This document shows positions 49,093 to 62,224 of a DNA stretch of 64,000 nt, in pieces (position 1 is the stretch's first letter; the number at the start of each line of letters is the position of its first letter). The position numbers and the translations under genes were made by a program. The stretch is from Eledone cirrhosa (lineage: Eukaryota). The notes under the pieces are model-generated. The model was not told where the DNA came from and searched no databases. It saw only the letters and a list, made by a program, of their open reading frames with translations. Where the stretch lies: positions 147,374,001-147,438,000 of the forward strand of contig OZ024740.1 in NCBI GenBank assembly GCA_964016885.1, given 5' to 3'.

Positions 49093-51102
49093 ATGAATTT
49101 TAAAGAACTCGAAGAAAGTCTTATGCGACTCATCAATGAAGACGAAGAAGAAGATGATGATACATTTCATCAACAAACTGAGGGTAACAGGAGCCTTTAT
49201 TCAAATGTTGTGAAACGTGAAACCACTAGTCATGTTAAATCGAATCAAAATGAGATAAATCAACAACTTTACACTGACGATACACCAAATATAGATTTAC
49301 AAAAAGAGAGAAATCTACCAAGTGGAATAGAATATTTTGAAAATAGTAATCCAAAATCTCTCGTCGACACCGAGGATGAAAAGTCTGACACTGCATCCGT
49401 TAGCCATCAGTACAACACAACGCACAAAAGGATACCTAATTCACTGACCACGCAAGAAATAAACGCACAGATGGGTACTTCTGAAGAAAAAGGTTACAGT
49501 TCCATCGATATTTCGAGAAATTTGAAGAATCCAAGCTTTTATGCTTCCACGTCGCAGCAGACAGTTGATTCGAAGAAGCCAATTCCTGATGAAATTACTG
49601 TTGGAAACGTTGCAAGTTCCTCAGTTCCTAACAATTATGGGGTTACCTTTGGAAAAGCCGCTAGTCGCTCACTACCTGGCAGTTATGAACCTACTGTTGG
49701 AAATGTTGCAGGTTCCTCAGTTCCTAACAATTATGGAGCTACCTTTGGAAAAGCCGCTAGTGACTCACTACCTGGCAGTTATGAACCTACTGTTGGAAAT
49801 GTTGCAGGTTCCTCAGTTCCTAACAATTATGGGGTTACCTTTGAAAAAGCCGCTAGTGACTCACTACCTGGCAGTTATGAACCTACTGTTGGAAACGTTA
49901 CAGGTTCCTCAGTTCCTAACAATTATGGAGCTACCTTTGGAAAAGCCGCTAGTGACTCACTACCTGGCAGTTATGAACCTATTGTTGGAAATGTTGCAGG
50001 TTCCTCAGTTCCTGGCAATTATGGAGCTACCTTTGGAAAAGCCGCTAGTGACTCACTACCTGGCAGTTATGAACCTACTGTTGGAAATGTTGCAGGTTCC
50101 TTAGTTCCTGGCAATTATGGAGCTACCTTTGAAAAAGCCGCTAGTGACTCACTACCTGGCAGTTATGAACCTACTGTTGGAAATGTTGCAGGTTCCTCAG
50201 TTCCTGGCAATTATGGAGCTACCTTTGAAAAAGCCGCTAGTGGCTCACTACCTGGCAGTTATGAACCTACTGTTGGAAATGTTGCAGGTTCTTCAGTTCC
50301 TTGCAATTTGGGAAATACTTATATAAAGGCCCCAAGTTACTCAGTTCCTGGCATTTATGAAACTCCTTTTGGAAACATCGTAGGTTGCCCAGTTCTTTAC
50401 AATCATGGGAGTCTCGTTGAATACGTCGCAACATCAGCACCTCCTGTCATGTATTCAGCATCACTACGAGCTACGCAAGTGGAGCAGGTTCCATGTACAA
50501 ACATCACTGGTGGATTTTCAGTAAGGACTACAAGGAAGCCTCCACAGAACGTGCGAGATGATGTCCCAGAGTGTAGCCATGGTGCTTCGAACTATCACAA
50601 CAGTAATGATAGCAACAATTTGGGAGATAGGCCTTTCTTTCAGGATTTAAGGTCAAGACGACCTTTAACGAGTAACGAACATTTGACTGAAGTAAATGTA
50701 ATACCATCCTTGTCGAGGAATGAAAATGTAAAACAATTTAACAGATTTCACAATCCCTGGTCGTCGACTCCTGCTCAACCTCACCCCACTGCAGCACCAT
50801 TGCCTCTATTCCATCTTACAAATTGCGACGATGAAACGTTGTTTTTGCTGTTTTACACATATATTGAAGATGACATACAAAGGGCAGCAGCACAGGAACT
50901 TTGCAGACGACAATGGCGTTATTACAAAACAAATAAAATGTGGATTTCAAGATTGCCCGGTTCTTATCACGAAAATGTGGGCAACGGCTGGGAACAGGGG
51001 CAATATATTATCTTTAATATACTAGCTTGGCGGAAAGAAATGAAAACATTATTAATCAACCTAATCAGGCTTGCACCGCAACCTTTTTCAAAACAATTTT
51101 AA
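49093..51102 (+). CDS. CNOT2: Intronless CNOT2-like protein: 32-aa tandem repeats + C-terminal NOT2/3/5 box (divergent paralog)
   Basis: 669-aa open frame. C-terminus ETLFLLFY..DDIQRAAAQELCRRQWRYYKTNKMWISRLPG..EQGQYIIFNILAWRK parallels the CNOT2 NOT box as recalled (LLFYLYY..Q..AAVELFNRDWRYHKEERVWITRAPG..ERGTYYFFD..NWRK). TATA-like tatataaaa at about 49001. Confidence 0.75.
   Translation: MNFKELEESLMRLINEDEEEDDDTFHQQTEGNRSLYSNVVKRETTSHVKSNQNEINQQLYTDDTPNIDLQKERNLPSGIEYFENSNPKSLVDTEDEKSDTASVSHQYNTTHKRIPNSLTTQEINAQMGTSEEKGYSSIDISRNLKNPSFYASTSQQTVDSKKPIPDEITVGNVASSSVPNNYGVTFGKAASRSLPGSYEPTVGNVAGSSVPNNYGATFGKAASDSLPGSYEPTVGNVAGSSVPNNYGVTFEKAASDSLPGSYEPTVGNVTGSSVPNNYGATFGKAASDSLPGSYEPIVGNVAGSSVPGNYGATFGKAASDSLPGSYEPTVGNVAGSLVPGNYGATFEKAASDSLPGSYEPTVGNVAGSSVPGNYGATFEKAASGSLPGSYEPTVGNVAGSSVPCNLGNTYIKAPSYSVPGIYETPFGNIVGCPVLYNHGSLVEYVATSAPPVMYSASLRATQVEQVPCTNITGGFSVRTTRKPPQNVRDDVPECSHGASNYHNSNDSNNLGDRPFFQDLRSRRPLTSNEHLTEVNVIPSLSRNENVKQFNRFHNPWSSTPAQPHPTAAPLPLFHLTNCDDETLFLLFYTYIEDDIQRAAAQELCRRQWRYYKTNKMWISRLPGSYHENVGNGWEQGQYIIFNILAWRKEMKTLLINLIRLAPQPFSKQF
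49597..50364 (+). repeat. 96-bp coding tandem repeat, about 8 copies
   Basis: Unit TVGNVAGSSVPNNYGATFGKAASDSLPGSYEP at 49597, 49693, 49789 and onward; the last copy is diverged. Confidence 0.95.
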
Positions 51103-52899
51103 CTTCGTCGTTTCCATCATGCAGCTACCTATTTTACTTTATATTATCTAATAAGCCCAATCGTTTTATAACAAGCAGAAACTGTTCTTCTGTATTTAAC
51201 ACATATATATTCTGTTCTATGCAGCCCAGAAACGAGTTATTTCAACAAATTGTGTACATTTGTTCCCCTCAATGCGTCGGAATGCACTGATTACATTCCT
51301 AAAGTATGGATAAAAATTAAGAGAACGAATGTTATAAAATATGCTACAAAAAAAAAAAAAAAGAAAACATATCTTCTACTTAAGAGAAAGGAAATTATTT
51401 TTTGAAGAATAAGTTTCTGTTTTTTTTTATTTTTTTAAGTGTAATCATTTTACTCTCTCCCATTTCACCGAAAAATAATTTCAATCTTCTATATTTTTAT
51501 TCAGCATTTCTTAGTTTTTCTTTCGATAGAATTCTAAAATGAGCCCCTTCGAATTTAACATTTTATCTCGCATTAACCAATCCGAAAGTTATTTACATCG
51601 TGTCTATATACACCCTGTATCTGCTCACCATTTACACCCTGTAGTCATCCACATTCATACACGTGAACTTTATCATTTCATCGATCAACATAGCGATTTT
51701 CTATAAAACTTTACTACCAAATATCATGTCGCAGAACTTATTCAGCATTCCACCTCTCTGTAATCAAGATTTCTAAGAACGGTCTATCGTACGCAAAATG
51801 TTACTATTTTAATCGCACAAGTGTTAGCTAGCCTCCTCTCTCCTATACATCGCTGCGTGTCCTCAACAAATGCTATTTCTCTAAAAGGTTCCCAAGCGTT
51901 TCATAACTGAATGCATGGGGAAAAAAAACAAAAACATTAATTTGAAAGGAAACAAATTATTATATATTTTTGTCTCTTATTTTATATCCTATGTTATGTT
52001 TTCTTTTCTACCAGGACTATTATCTAAACCAGGTATTTGACCGAATGACTAAGTGTGACTTACAGGTCAATCTTTCCAGTTATAGCGGGTCACTGCCTAA
52101 CAGAATATTACACACTTCGAATTGCAGTGTGACAGTATGGACATGTTGCATTTATTTCACTACCCAGTGTATATACTGATGATGTCTGCAACAGTTGATG
52201 TTTCTCTACACTTGTTGTTGAGGATATGGATCAGTTGAGCAGAAACATTCTGCTTGGTACTGAACTGGTAACTACTTTGTTTAGAGATTGCTGCAACAGT
52301 GAGATAGCTGACCATACGCATATAGCGAATGTATAGATATATTTAAAACAAAAAGTCGAAACCACACACAGCGGTAGTCTATTGTCACTACAGGATTTGC
52401 GCCTTCATCACTATGGAAGTCTAGCACACTCCATCACACCGGTGTTACGTTAAATTGCTTCTGTTTCACTGTTGGGGTTATTTAAAACCATTACACCCAA
52501 CTACACACTAGATGCTCACTGATATCTATCTGCCTATACTCTTGACAAGAATATGCATAAATAACAATGAATTAACATAAGTGATTATACAGTTTACATG
52601 TATCTTAAATTCAAAAACAAGGTGGCAAGTTGTCAGCCGCGAGTAGGTCGGATAGATTACTTTGGTATGATATTCGTCTCTCTGCACTTTGTATTCAAAT
52701 GCCGCCAAATTTAAACACTCAAAAGATGCAGTGTATAATTACAGTGCCTCTACGACTGATTCAGTTGTTAAGTATCAAAGAACAAGAAATATAGAAACCT
52801 TATATAGTTGTGATAACTTTGCTTGTGGTGCTATCACGACAAATCGGGTTTATGAGAAACGTGGTTGAAAACTGTTCCTAATACTCCACGTTCGTATCT

Positions 52900-53250
52900 A
52901 AATAGGCAGCTAACATTCAGCAGGAAAAAGTTCGCTAAGCTGATTTACTTTACGTGTTCATGTTGATTCCTGTCGTCCCCGACGAGTGCTCCAGGTGTTC
53001 GAACAGCAGAAGAATTTACTCGTGGGATCAACGTATATAAGTGGCTGTGCATTCCACAGACACATGCACCCCTAACATAGTTCTCAAAGAGATCCGTCGT
53101 GACAATGTTGACCCTTTGAAATACATGTAGAATTTTTGCTAGTTAAGTAGACTGGAATAACGTGAAATAAAGTGTTCTGTTGAAAGATACAACGCGCCGC
53201 CGAGATCGAATACACGATTATGAGCCGAACACCCGAAACATTAAGCCACA
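52900..53250 (-). mobile_element. Degenerate tRNA-derived SINE
   Basis: Minus head ggcttaatg..ttcgatctc..acactttatttcac, similar to 55213-55330 and 54105-54205. Confidence 0.5.
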
Positions 53251-55212
53251 CACATTGATATTTTCCAGTATAACAATATACCTATAACAATTTCGATGGT
53301 GGAATGTGGAAAATAATCTAAAAGTTTTTTTTCTTTTAAATACAACAGTAACATCGATTACTGAAATAATCTCATCCCCAATAATCATATTTTTCTTCCC
53401 AAACGTCCAAAACACATCTATTTATATATGCTCTACAATTTATGTACATGTTATGTTTATCGCATATCGAATTTTTTTTTTTTTTTATCTTGCTTGATAT
53501 TTGATAATAATTATGTTAAACTTCATAGTAAATTTTTTAATCCACATATCACTATTTGCCAATTGCTAGTATGTGTATTTAGAGACAGATTTTATAGGTC
53601 ATTTTGCTATAATCAGTTTATAAATATTGAAAGCTGCAAATGTAATATGACCTGCTTGGACTCGAAAAAAAATTTTTTCTGACAATTTTTAATGCAAAGA
53701 GTTAAACTAATCACAACTAAATTGACCAAATTTGTGTCCCCCCCCCCCCACCAATTCATAAATGTTCCACTGCCCCGGATATATATATATTATATATAAC
53801 TAATAAAGTATTCATATATTAGTGACTTGACTTCAGCTTAAAGTGACCTACGTTTGATGAAGTGAATATCATTAGACTGACGTTTACTTTTTTGTTTACC
53901 TGTTCGTGAAGCCATTGCGGCACGTCCGAAATCCAAATCTCTAAACAAAAGTGAAATATTTCAGAAAATTGGAAGCTACTGAGTAAATAAAAGTTTTAGA
54001 ATGTTCAATATCCCATGATAGGATTAGGAGATATTTAGGTATGCTTTCTAGATACTTGTGTTGCAGGAGCTTAACAAGTGTACATATCACGGGAGCTTAA
54101 GGGGCGTGTGAGGGCACGTTGGATTCGTAATAGTGAGGTTGCGAGTTCGATTCTCGGAACGGGTGATGTGTTATGCCCTTGAACAAGACACTTTATTTCA
54201 CTTTATCGCACATGGAACTAAATTAGGATTAGACTTATTAAAGAAACTATGCACATATTTTCTGCTTGCGCCCTTCTTCCCAAACAGCCATAGTAGCAGA
54301 AAGTATAAGAAATCTAGCCAGTGGGTTTAGAAACGAGTCTTGTGAAATTAAAAATCTCAATTCCGAGGTCAGTGTAGAGTAGAAGAAACATAAGTGCTTG
54401 AAGTATGTATAATATGTTTTCATTTATTGTTGTAATTACAAGAAATATATATCAATTTTTCATTTTGTTCAGTATAAGGTAGAATTTAACAAAAATAAAC
54501 CGTTTCTCTTTACCAAGACACTTTCACTTTTCCAAAAGAACTTCTGTTATGTAGTTAGAATCCCCGATGTCTGCTAAACTATCTATTATTGAATAAAGAA
54601 TCTTTGAGGAATGTACAAAACCTGGGATATATATGCAACGGATGTTGACATTTGTGTATTTTTCAATGGAAGCTACGCCCACGAAGTTTAAGTCTATGAT
54701 TGTAACCTATTGGAATGTTCAACAATTTCATAACAGATCTGTTCTTACAGTGGTGAGCTGAACCAATACATGTAGACTAAATTGATGAGTGAATTTTTAT
54801 GTCACAGTAGAACATGAGTTACCAATTCTTTCACACGTAGTCTGATCTCGTATCCATATCATCAGTTGAGTCCTCACTCACCAATTCTAAATAACTTAGA
54901 AATCACCCATTGCATTTTTTGTTAGTAAAGTCTGATTTGTAGATAAAACATTTGAATAGTATTAATTCACAGAGGCATATAGAACAAAGAGAATATCCTA
55001 ACTAAACCCATAGCATTGATTTCTAATTTAGGCTAGCATTTGATGGAGAGGCGAAATTTGATTATATCAACTCCAGTACTTTACTTGGACTTTGCTTTAT
55101 GTTATCGACCCTTTTGGGGATTCCGCTAATTCATCGTGCTTAACAAATCCATAATAATATTGCAAGATCCCTTGTTGAATTAGATTATTGCATGTTTTCA
55201 TTTTCTATTCTA

Positions 55213-55546
55213 TGGCTTAATGATTAGAGCATTGGCCTTGCAATCGAAAGGTTGTGAGTTCAATTCTCAGACCGGGTGATGTGTTGTTTCCTTGAACAAG
55301 GCACTTTATTTCACATTGCTCCAGTTTACTCAGCTGTAGAAATGAGATGATAGGGACTGGGGTCCCTATCATTCCACTGCAAAGTGGTCGTGGAGGTGCC
55401 ACGGCAAAAAAGCACCCAGCAGTCACTGTAAATGAGGTTGGTGTTAGGAAGGGCATCCAGCTGTAGAAATCAAGCCAGAATCAGTTCCCGTCCCACCCTT
55501 GCAAGCAGGGAAAAGTGGACGTAAAATGAAATGATGATGATGATGA
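55213..55546 (+). mobile_element. tRNA-derived SINE with RTE-type 3' tail and (TGA)n end
   Basis: A/B boxes tggcttaatg..gagttcaattc; tail ggtgttaggaagggcatccagctgtagaaa shared with the RTE 3' UTR at 57840-57870. Confidence 0.8.
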
Positions 55547-56989
55547 TTCTATATTCAGAAGGAAAGGTTCATTAGCCTGAATTACTTCCAGTATGATCAT
55601 AATTTCAAGGCTGATATAACAGTATAAAGGATATTTTAATTGAAATTCAACGTTGAGGTCTGTTATTAAAATTAATTGTTCACCTCTTCAAAGGCGTGTA
55701 AAAATTGCGTGTGTCACCTATTAAGGTAATAACATGATGTAATGAGAATAATTTTCAAATCATGCCTTGAATTTACCACATTGGCCATGGTGTTGCTTCT
55801 GTGTAAAGCTAATCATGATTCTGTCACCCATACAGTTAATTAAATCCACAGAAAAATTCTGCATTCACTGATTTTAATTATCACTTGTTATTAATTCCTG
55901 TTAATAGTTTACAGTAATATTAACTACCTTGAATAGTTTCATTCCAGTAATATTTTCTGTTGTCTGTAGTTTTAGTGACTAACATAATGCCATCTCTCAC
56001 AATTTAGATTTGACTTCCAGCATAACTTTTTCTTGCTATTGTCATTGATGTTGTTTATGACAAGATGAGTTCTATTCAATGATTAAAGGAATTCCATCAG
56101 TGAAGTGAACATGAATGTTTTGTATTTTGAGGACTACATTGTCCAATGTTTCCTTCCTTTTCTATTAAGTTAGTTTGGGTGTGATTTGGCAATTATGTTA
56201 CAATGTTCTTTTTCATGTAGGCACAAATTTAGAATTTTCGGAATAAGGAAGAGTTCATTATAATGACTTCAGTACATGACTAGTAATTATTTTAACAGAC
56301 TGGAGGGGTGAAAAGCAAAGTTGGCATTTGGATCTAGAACATCAAAGGACGTAACTAAATATTGTACGGCAGTGTGTGTATTATGAAAGACCATTCCATC
56401 TATTTCCTAATTTCATTTAACTCAGGACCACATTATGTCCTGTTTCCTTTTCTACAACAGTGTGGTATGATTTGAAAGAAATTTAGACTGCTATTGTAGC
56501 AGGCCAAGCATCTATGTAGGGAGTCTCTGCTTAACCCTTTGGTAAACACTTTCTCACATAATATTGAATCTATGAGATTTTGATATTACTTATTTTGAGA
56601 ACAATGCCTTAACATCAGTATGAGTGGCTGATTATGGCTAGTTTGAACAGAAAGATGTGAGAGAATTCTGGCTGGATACAGCCAGTTTAAATGCTAAAAG
56701 GCATTTAAGTCATGGCAATCATGTCTTTTTCTTCAGACACAGTGTATCTAGAGGTACACAAGCCAGTGTATCTTTGCCTTTTTTAAGATTGGCAGGTAAC
56801 GCAATAGGGAGATTAGGCTGGCATTTCTAGTGAGTCAAACGACCACCTACATACAGATTACCACAAGGCATAGATAGTATGCCAAAATTTTATAGGGTGG
56901 TAGAATATGCTGCCTCACTTAATAACACCACCACTGCTACCACTACTTAAGTCTTTGGTTTCTAACTAAGGTTTATTCTACTTTGAGCA

Positions 56990-57310
56990 TTCAATTTCAT
57001 AATTCAGCCTTTTACCTTCACTAGCACTTTAGTTTTGGCAAAGTTTACTCTCAGGCCTTTTGATTCTAAATTCTGTTTCCATAGTTGGAACTTATTTTCT
57101 ATATCTTTAATTGATTCGACTATTAGAGCCAGACCATCTGCATAGGGAAGTTCCAATAGGCAGCCAGTCTTAAATTGTTATTTCCTGGAGAACTATGATG
57201 AATAGTAGTGGGCTAAGAACCAAACCTTGATGAACTCCTACTTGTACCTTGAATTCCTCACTAAACTCATTTCCTACTCTCACTTACTTTGCTGACAGCT
57301 TCTCTGTACT
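56990..57310 (-). mobile_element. Degenerate RTE RT fragment
   Basis: Resembles 58930-59220 (VGVHQG.VLSPLLFII, ELLYADDL-like). Confidence 0.65.
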
Positions 57311-57717
57311 GCTCTCACCAACCAATATATTTATATATATATATATATATATATATAAATCTGTATATATGTATGTATATATAAATATAAGTTGACAACA
57401 TAGACAAACATCCAATGTTTACTACTTATCTCAGAACACACATCTAAAGAGAGAGTGAGAAAATGCCAAGAGTTGTTTTTTTCACTCTTTAAATTTACCA
57501 CTTCCTGGTTATAGAGAGTTGTCACGTGATCGTGTTCCATTTTAATAGATATGTGAAAATGGTATATCATGAGCATTATCATCACATTACTACACGAATA
57601 TGACTAATTTTCTCCCATAGCTATGCAGACTTCATCCCTATATTAAAAAAATATGCTGAGATATTCATACGAAACTCTGCATATCATGATATTCAAACGA
57701 TGCAACTTAAAATAATT

Positions 57718-59230
57718 CATCATCATCATCATCATCATCGTTTAACGGCCATGTTCCACGCTTGCATGGGTTTGGATGGGGGTTTTCCCACTTGAGGCAA
57801 AAGTGGTTGTCTTGCTCGCATAGGACTGTCTGGCGGGTTTTCTACAGCTGGATGCCCTTCCTAACACCAACCACATTTACAGTGTGGGACTGGGAGGTTT
57901 TTACTGTGTTGCCTACACAGCCACATTTACAGCGTGGACTGTGTGTTTTTTTGTCGTGACACCTACACGATCTCATTTGTTTTGGCCTGGATGTTGTGGC
58001 ACCAACATAACTTTGCATTGAAAGGGGCGGTGTGGATGGGGTGGGGGTGGTGGGTCGGTGGTGTATTTTGTTAGAGATGCCTACTGACTGTAGTAGGTTT
58101 TACTTTGTATTTAGGTAAGGCGGGTCTTCTCTGTTACTGAGTACCGCCAAAGGTCTCGGTCCAGTGACATTGTCTTGGAGAGGTCGGAATTTATCAGCTC
58201 GTCCCAGGTTTTTCTGGGTCTGCCTACTCCGTGGCTACCATCTATCTTTATTGCCCTGCACTTTGTTATACAGCTGTCGTCTTTCATGCGCATCACGTGA
58301 CCATACCAACGTAGCCTTCTCTCGAGTAAACAACATCTGATCCCTCTTATTTCTAATTTTTTCCTTAGTTTGTTTATACTTTGCCGTTCACGTATATTAC
58401 TATTACACATCCAGCGGAGCATGCAAGCTTCGTTCCTCTCTAGTCTGTGTATATCCTCTGCACACAATGCCCAGGTCTCACTGCCATGCAACATTGCTGT
58501 TCGTATGCAGGCATCATACAACCTGCCTTTCATTTTTAGGGAGAACCCTTTAGCGGCTAATAGTGGTATAAGCTCTCTGAACTTTTTCCATCCAGTTCTG
58601 ACTCTAGCTACTGTACTTTCAGAGCACCCTCCCCCACTGCTGATTTTGTCACCCAGGTAACGGAAGCTGTCCACTATTTCTATAGAACCCTCTGCGCAAT
58701 TGAAAGAGCTAGTATTTTGTGGGCACTTGCTGCTACTTATTGCACCAGAGCACCGGCCACATGTAAAATCTGTGTTCTTAGTTAGCTTACCTGTGATCCC
58801 ACTACATCTTTTATGCACCCATACTTTGCATTTGGGACATAAAATGGAGTTTCTACCTACGCCTTTCCTACACACTGAGCATGGCCATTTCCCTGAAGGG
58901 ACCAGCACCTTATTTTCTTTCCTACAAACTAGAACTTTAGTCTTAGCCAGGTTAATTTTAAGGCCTTTTGATTCTAGGCCGTGCTTCCATGTTTGGAATT
59001 TCTTCTCTAGCTCGGCCATTGATTCAGCTATGAGCGTTAGATCATCTGCGTATAGGAGTTCCCATGGGCAGCCGGTCTTGAACTCCTCTGTTATAGCCTG
59101 AAGGGCAATAATAAATAGTAGGGGGCTAAGAACAGAGCCCTGATGGACACCAACTTTTACGCTAAACTCTTCACTATATTCGTTGTTAATTCTAACCTTG
59201 CTGACTGTTTCTTTATACATGGCTTGTATA
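57718..59230 (-). mobile_element. 5'-truncated RTE-clade LINE with (ATG)n tail
   Basis: ORF 58111-59220: GVHQGSVLSPLLF, LLYADDL, Cys-rich insert (CSVC..CPKC..HKRC..CGRC), FRYLGD, RRLRWYGHVMR, GRPRKTW; (cat)n at 57718-57738. Confidence 0.92.
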
Positions 59231-59989
59231 GTTCACTTTTCTATATATATATATATAAACACACACAAACATCTAACTCTACATATATAGAGATAAAAGG
59301 ACACAGGGATGGTTTAAACTTGCATTAGACCCCATGTTGAACATTTTATCTGGGCCCTTACAAGATTAATCTATGTATGATTATTTATAGTATTAAAAAA
59401 AAGTTAGCCCTCCCACCCCCTGCTCAATATGTCACTGTAAACATATGAATATCATCTAAGCCAAACTTCTGATTGAACAATCACCTTTTATTTTCAATAA
59501 TTTTAATCCAGTGTCTTTTTGCAAAAGGAAATTGATGGGTTGTCTCCCATCGTCAGTCCGTCCATTGCAATCGATTGAGGTTATTTCTTTAGGATTTCTC
59601 ACTCTGATCTGCCAAATCACAGTTTGTCAGCTATTTTTTTAAAGTTAATTTTAGCGAAACATCACTAAGTTCTATACTGGCGATGTGGCTTCTCTAAGTG
59701 ATGTTAAAAACTATCCATAACATGTGGATATATATTTTCCATGCACAGGTCATGTACTACATCTTGCTCATAGTATCAATTTTTGGTTTGGTCTTCTATG
59801 GCTAGATATCCTTCCTGGTGCCAACCACTTTACAAGGTGGAGTGAGTGCTTTTTTGTTGTGTCACCAGCACAACATATATATTTTAATTTGTCTGAGTTC
59901 TATGTGGATAGGCTCTTCATTTTGATGTTATCTATTGTGTCCAGTGCTCCTTCATCCTTTTTCCAACACATCAGTCTTATTTCTAGTCC

Positions 59990-60962
59990 TGTACATTTCT
60001 AATTTTGCAGTTTATCAGCAGGCTTATCTTACACACTATACTATTTCTATCAGTCTATCAGTAGATGGTGTATTTTCTCAGAGTAGGGCATAATGATCAG
60101 AACGTTCTCCTAAATCTATACGCTAGTTCGTCACTAGGATTAGTGTCAACGAACTTCTGGTAATTTTTGTTGTCATACTGTGTAGTTGCCTTCCTCAGTC
60201 CTTTCTGTACTATTCCAAGATTTGCTCCAGTATAGCAGGCAAATCCATTCATGTCATTTTCAATATAAAATTTTGCCATTGCTCCTTTTGTTGTACTCAG
60301 AGACCATCATGCATCTAATTCTGTTGAATTGCACATGCTGGACATGTTTTTCAACACCCTTATCAGGTCTGTTACCAAGATGATTTTTCTATTATCTGCA
60401 ATTTTTTAGTTCTGGTGGATCAGGTACTTGGAGTATATGTGAATGGAGGATTTGAACTTTGTCATTCTTCATTTCCAGCCAGTGTTGTGTGTCTAACAGG
60501 GGTAGTCTGTGGTTGAGATGCTTTAGTTATATTGTTTCTTTATTACTCTGGTGGATGGAGTTGGCTATTTACTGGAGGCTCTGCATGGTATTAGCTTTTA
60601 CTTAAGGTTTTTGGGTACTTTTACAACTGTATTAATATCGTCTACATAAGTCTCCTGTCCAACCATACCATAAACACTGTGATTGATGTTGATGATTGCC
60701 CCCTTTCTTGTCATTGAATTTAAACATATGGCCCTTTAGAGTAATTTTATTACTTACTCCCATCGCATATGTGATAATTTTTCTCACCTGATCATGTTTT
60801 CCGATGGTTTATATGGCTCTGGTTCACCAGCTCCAACTTTGTATGAGGGTCTTTTTTGCCATCAAGTTGACGGTAGGAGGTCTGCCTCTTCCTTGTCTAT
60901 GGGGCAAAACAGCTGTTTCAATACATGGATTTCCCATCAAGAATCTCGCAAAACAAATACAT
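59990..60962 (-). mobile_element. Old, degenerate relative of PLE family A
   Basis: FVDTNPSDELAYRFRR, NSIHQS, LKGHMFKF and YVDDIN remnants; inverted 3'-end remnant aagaatctcgcaaaacaaat at about 60939. Confidence 0.7.
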
Positions 60963-61174
60963 ACTATATATAGAGAGGGAGAGAGGGGGGATAATAAGAG
61001 TGAGAGTGAGAGAGGGGGGATAATAAGAGTGAGAGAGAGAAATAGATGAAAGGCTTTAGGATGGATTATTTTTTAAAAATTGTATGTTCATGTGTGATTT
61101 TACCATGGTAAATTGTGTATATGTATGATGGAACTGTGTTGGATTACAGTGAAACAAAACTGCTTATATCATAA

Positions 61175-61180
61175 TTTATT
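61175..61180 (-). promoter_or_regulatory. Candidate polyadenylation signal AATAAA for RFC3
   Basis: About 30 nt downstream of the RFC3 stop; AT-rich background, so weak. Confidence 0.35.
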
Positions 61181-61208
61181 CAGAATAATTTTTACAAAAA
61201 GATAGAAT

Positions 61209-61397
61209 TTAAAATAACTCAGCAATGCCTTCTTCAATAAACCGTTTGTAGATGGCCATGAATTTTGCTACAAAAGCTTCAAGATGGAAGATTGGTTTCT
61301 GGCCAAGCTGCAGTCGATGTTCATAGTAAGCAGCAGACTTGACAACTTCTGCTTTCAATTGACCATCACAGTTAGTAATTAACTCTTGCAGGAGGCC
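61209..61397 (-). CDS. RFC3: Replication factor C subunit 3, last coding exon
   Basis: Acceptor ttag then GLLQELITNCDGQLKAEVVKSAAYYEHRLQLGQKPIFHLEAFVAKFMAIYKRFIEEGIAELF*, the recognisable RFC3 C-terminus; absent from the ORF track. Confidence 0.93.
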   Translation of the reverse strand, partial: GLLQELITNCDGQLKAEVVKSAAYYEHRLQLGQKPIFHLEAFVAKFMAIYKRFIEEGIAELF

Positions 61398-61863
61398 CTA
61401 ACAAAAATAAAATTGACATATGGGCATAATAAAATTAAAAAAAATACAGAACAATCACACAAACATCAGATAATATATTCATAAATAGACAGTGTGGGGA
61501 AAAAAAAGGAACATTAATGGTTTGAACACTATTGATCATTCTGTATGGACCTGTAACTCCTGGTTAAGTCAGTGATATACTATGTTTCTTGGGCACATTT
61601 TAAAAAATCTGGCAGAGCCCATTCCCTCTCCATGTCAGAACACAGCCAATTTCTTTAAAAAGGACAGCAACAAAATGAGAGATAGAGGAAGAACACCTTA
61701 GTACCAGACTGGTATTTATTGATGTTGAAAGGAAGAAAGGCAAAGCTGACCCTGGGAATCTTATGTAAGAACTTTTTATCATTTACAAAATTAATTAAAA
61801 CACTTTCATTGGAAATATGGTCATGAAAAGGTTAATGATTATAGAATAACCAATGATTTTTAC

Positions 61864-61933
61864 CTTCATAATTACGTCAGGTGGTATACAATGGGTAAGG
61901 AGTTCATAGAGACGAGCCCGGATCTCTAGAAGC
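61864..61933 (-). CDS. RFC3: Replication factor C subunit 3, penultimate coding exon (70 nt)
   Basis: cag|g LLEIRARLYELLTHCIPPDVIMK |gta; joins the last exon in phase 0. Upstream exons were not found in the window. Confidence 0.92.
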
Positions 61934-62224
61934 CTGCAAAAATGAAGATTAACAATAGTATACAATAGATACAGACAAAATGATAAACTGTGGATAATAA
62001 TGATATAAATACAAATAGATTCATCTTCATTATTTTGTCTGCTTTTGATGTTGGCATGGGAGTTTTACTCACCTCCCCATCTCAAACTGATACTTATCAA
62101 AATATAAACAAAACTTGTGACTGACAACATGTTTGTTTCCATTTTAATAAGTAGTATTCTATTATTATCAGCAGTCTGAGTCGGAAAGGTAAGTAAATTT
62201 TGTAGAATTCATTATCATTTAACA

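Noticed and set aside
49541-50326. Alternative-frame Leu-rich repeat ORFs
   Set aside because: By-product of the 96-bp repeat; only the main frame is continuous with the NOT box.
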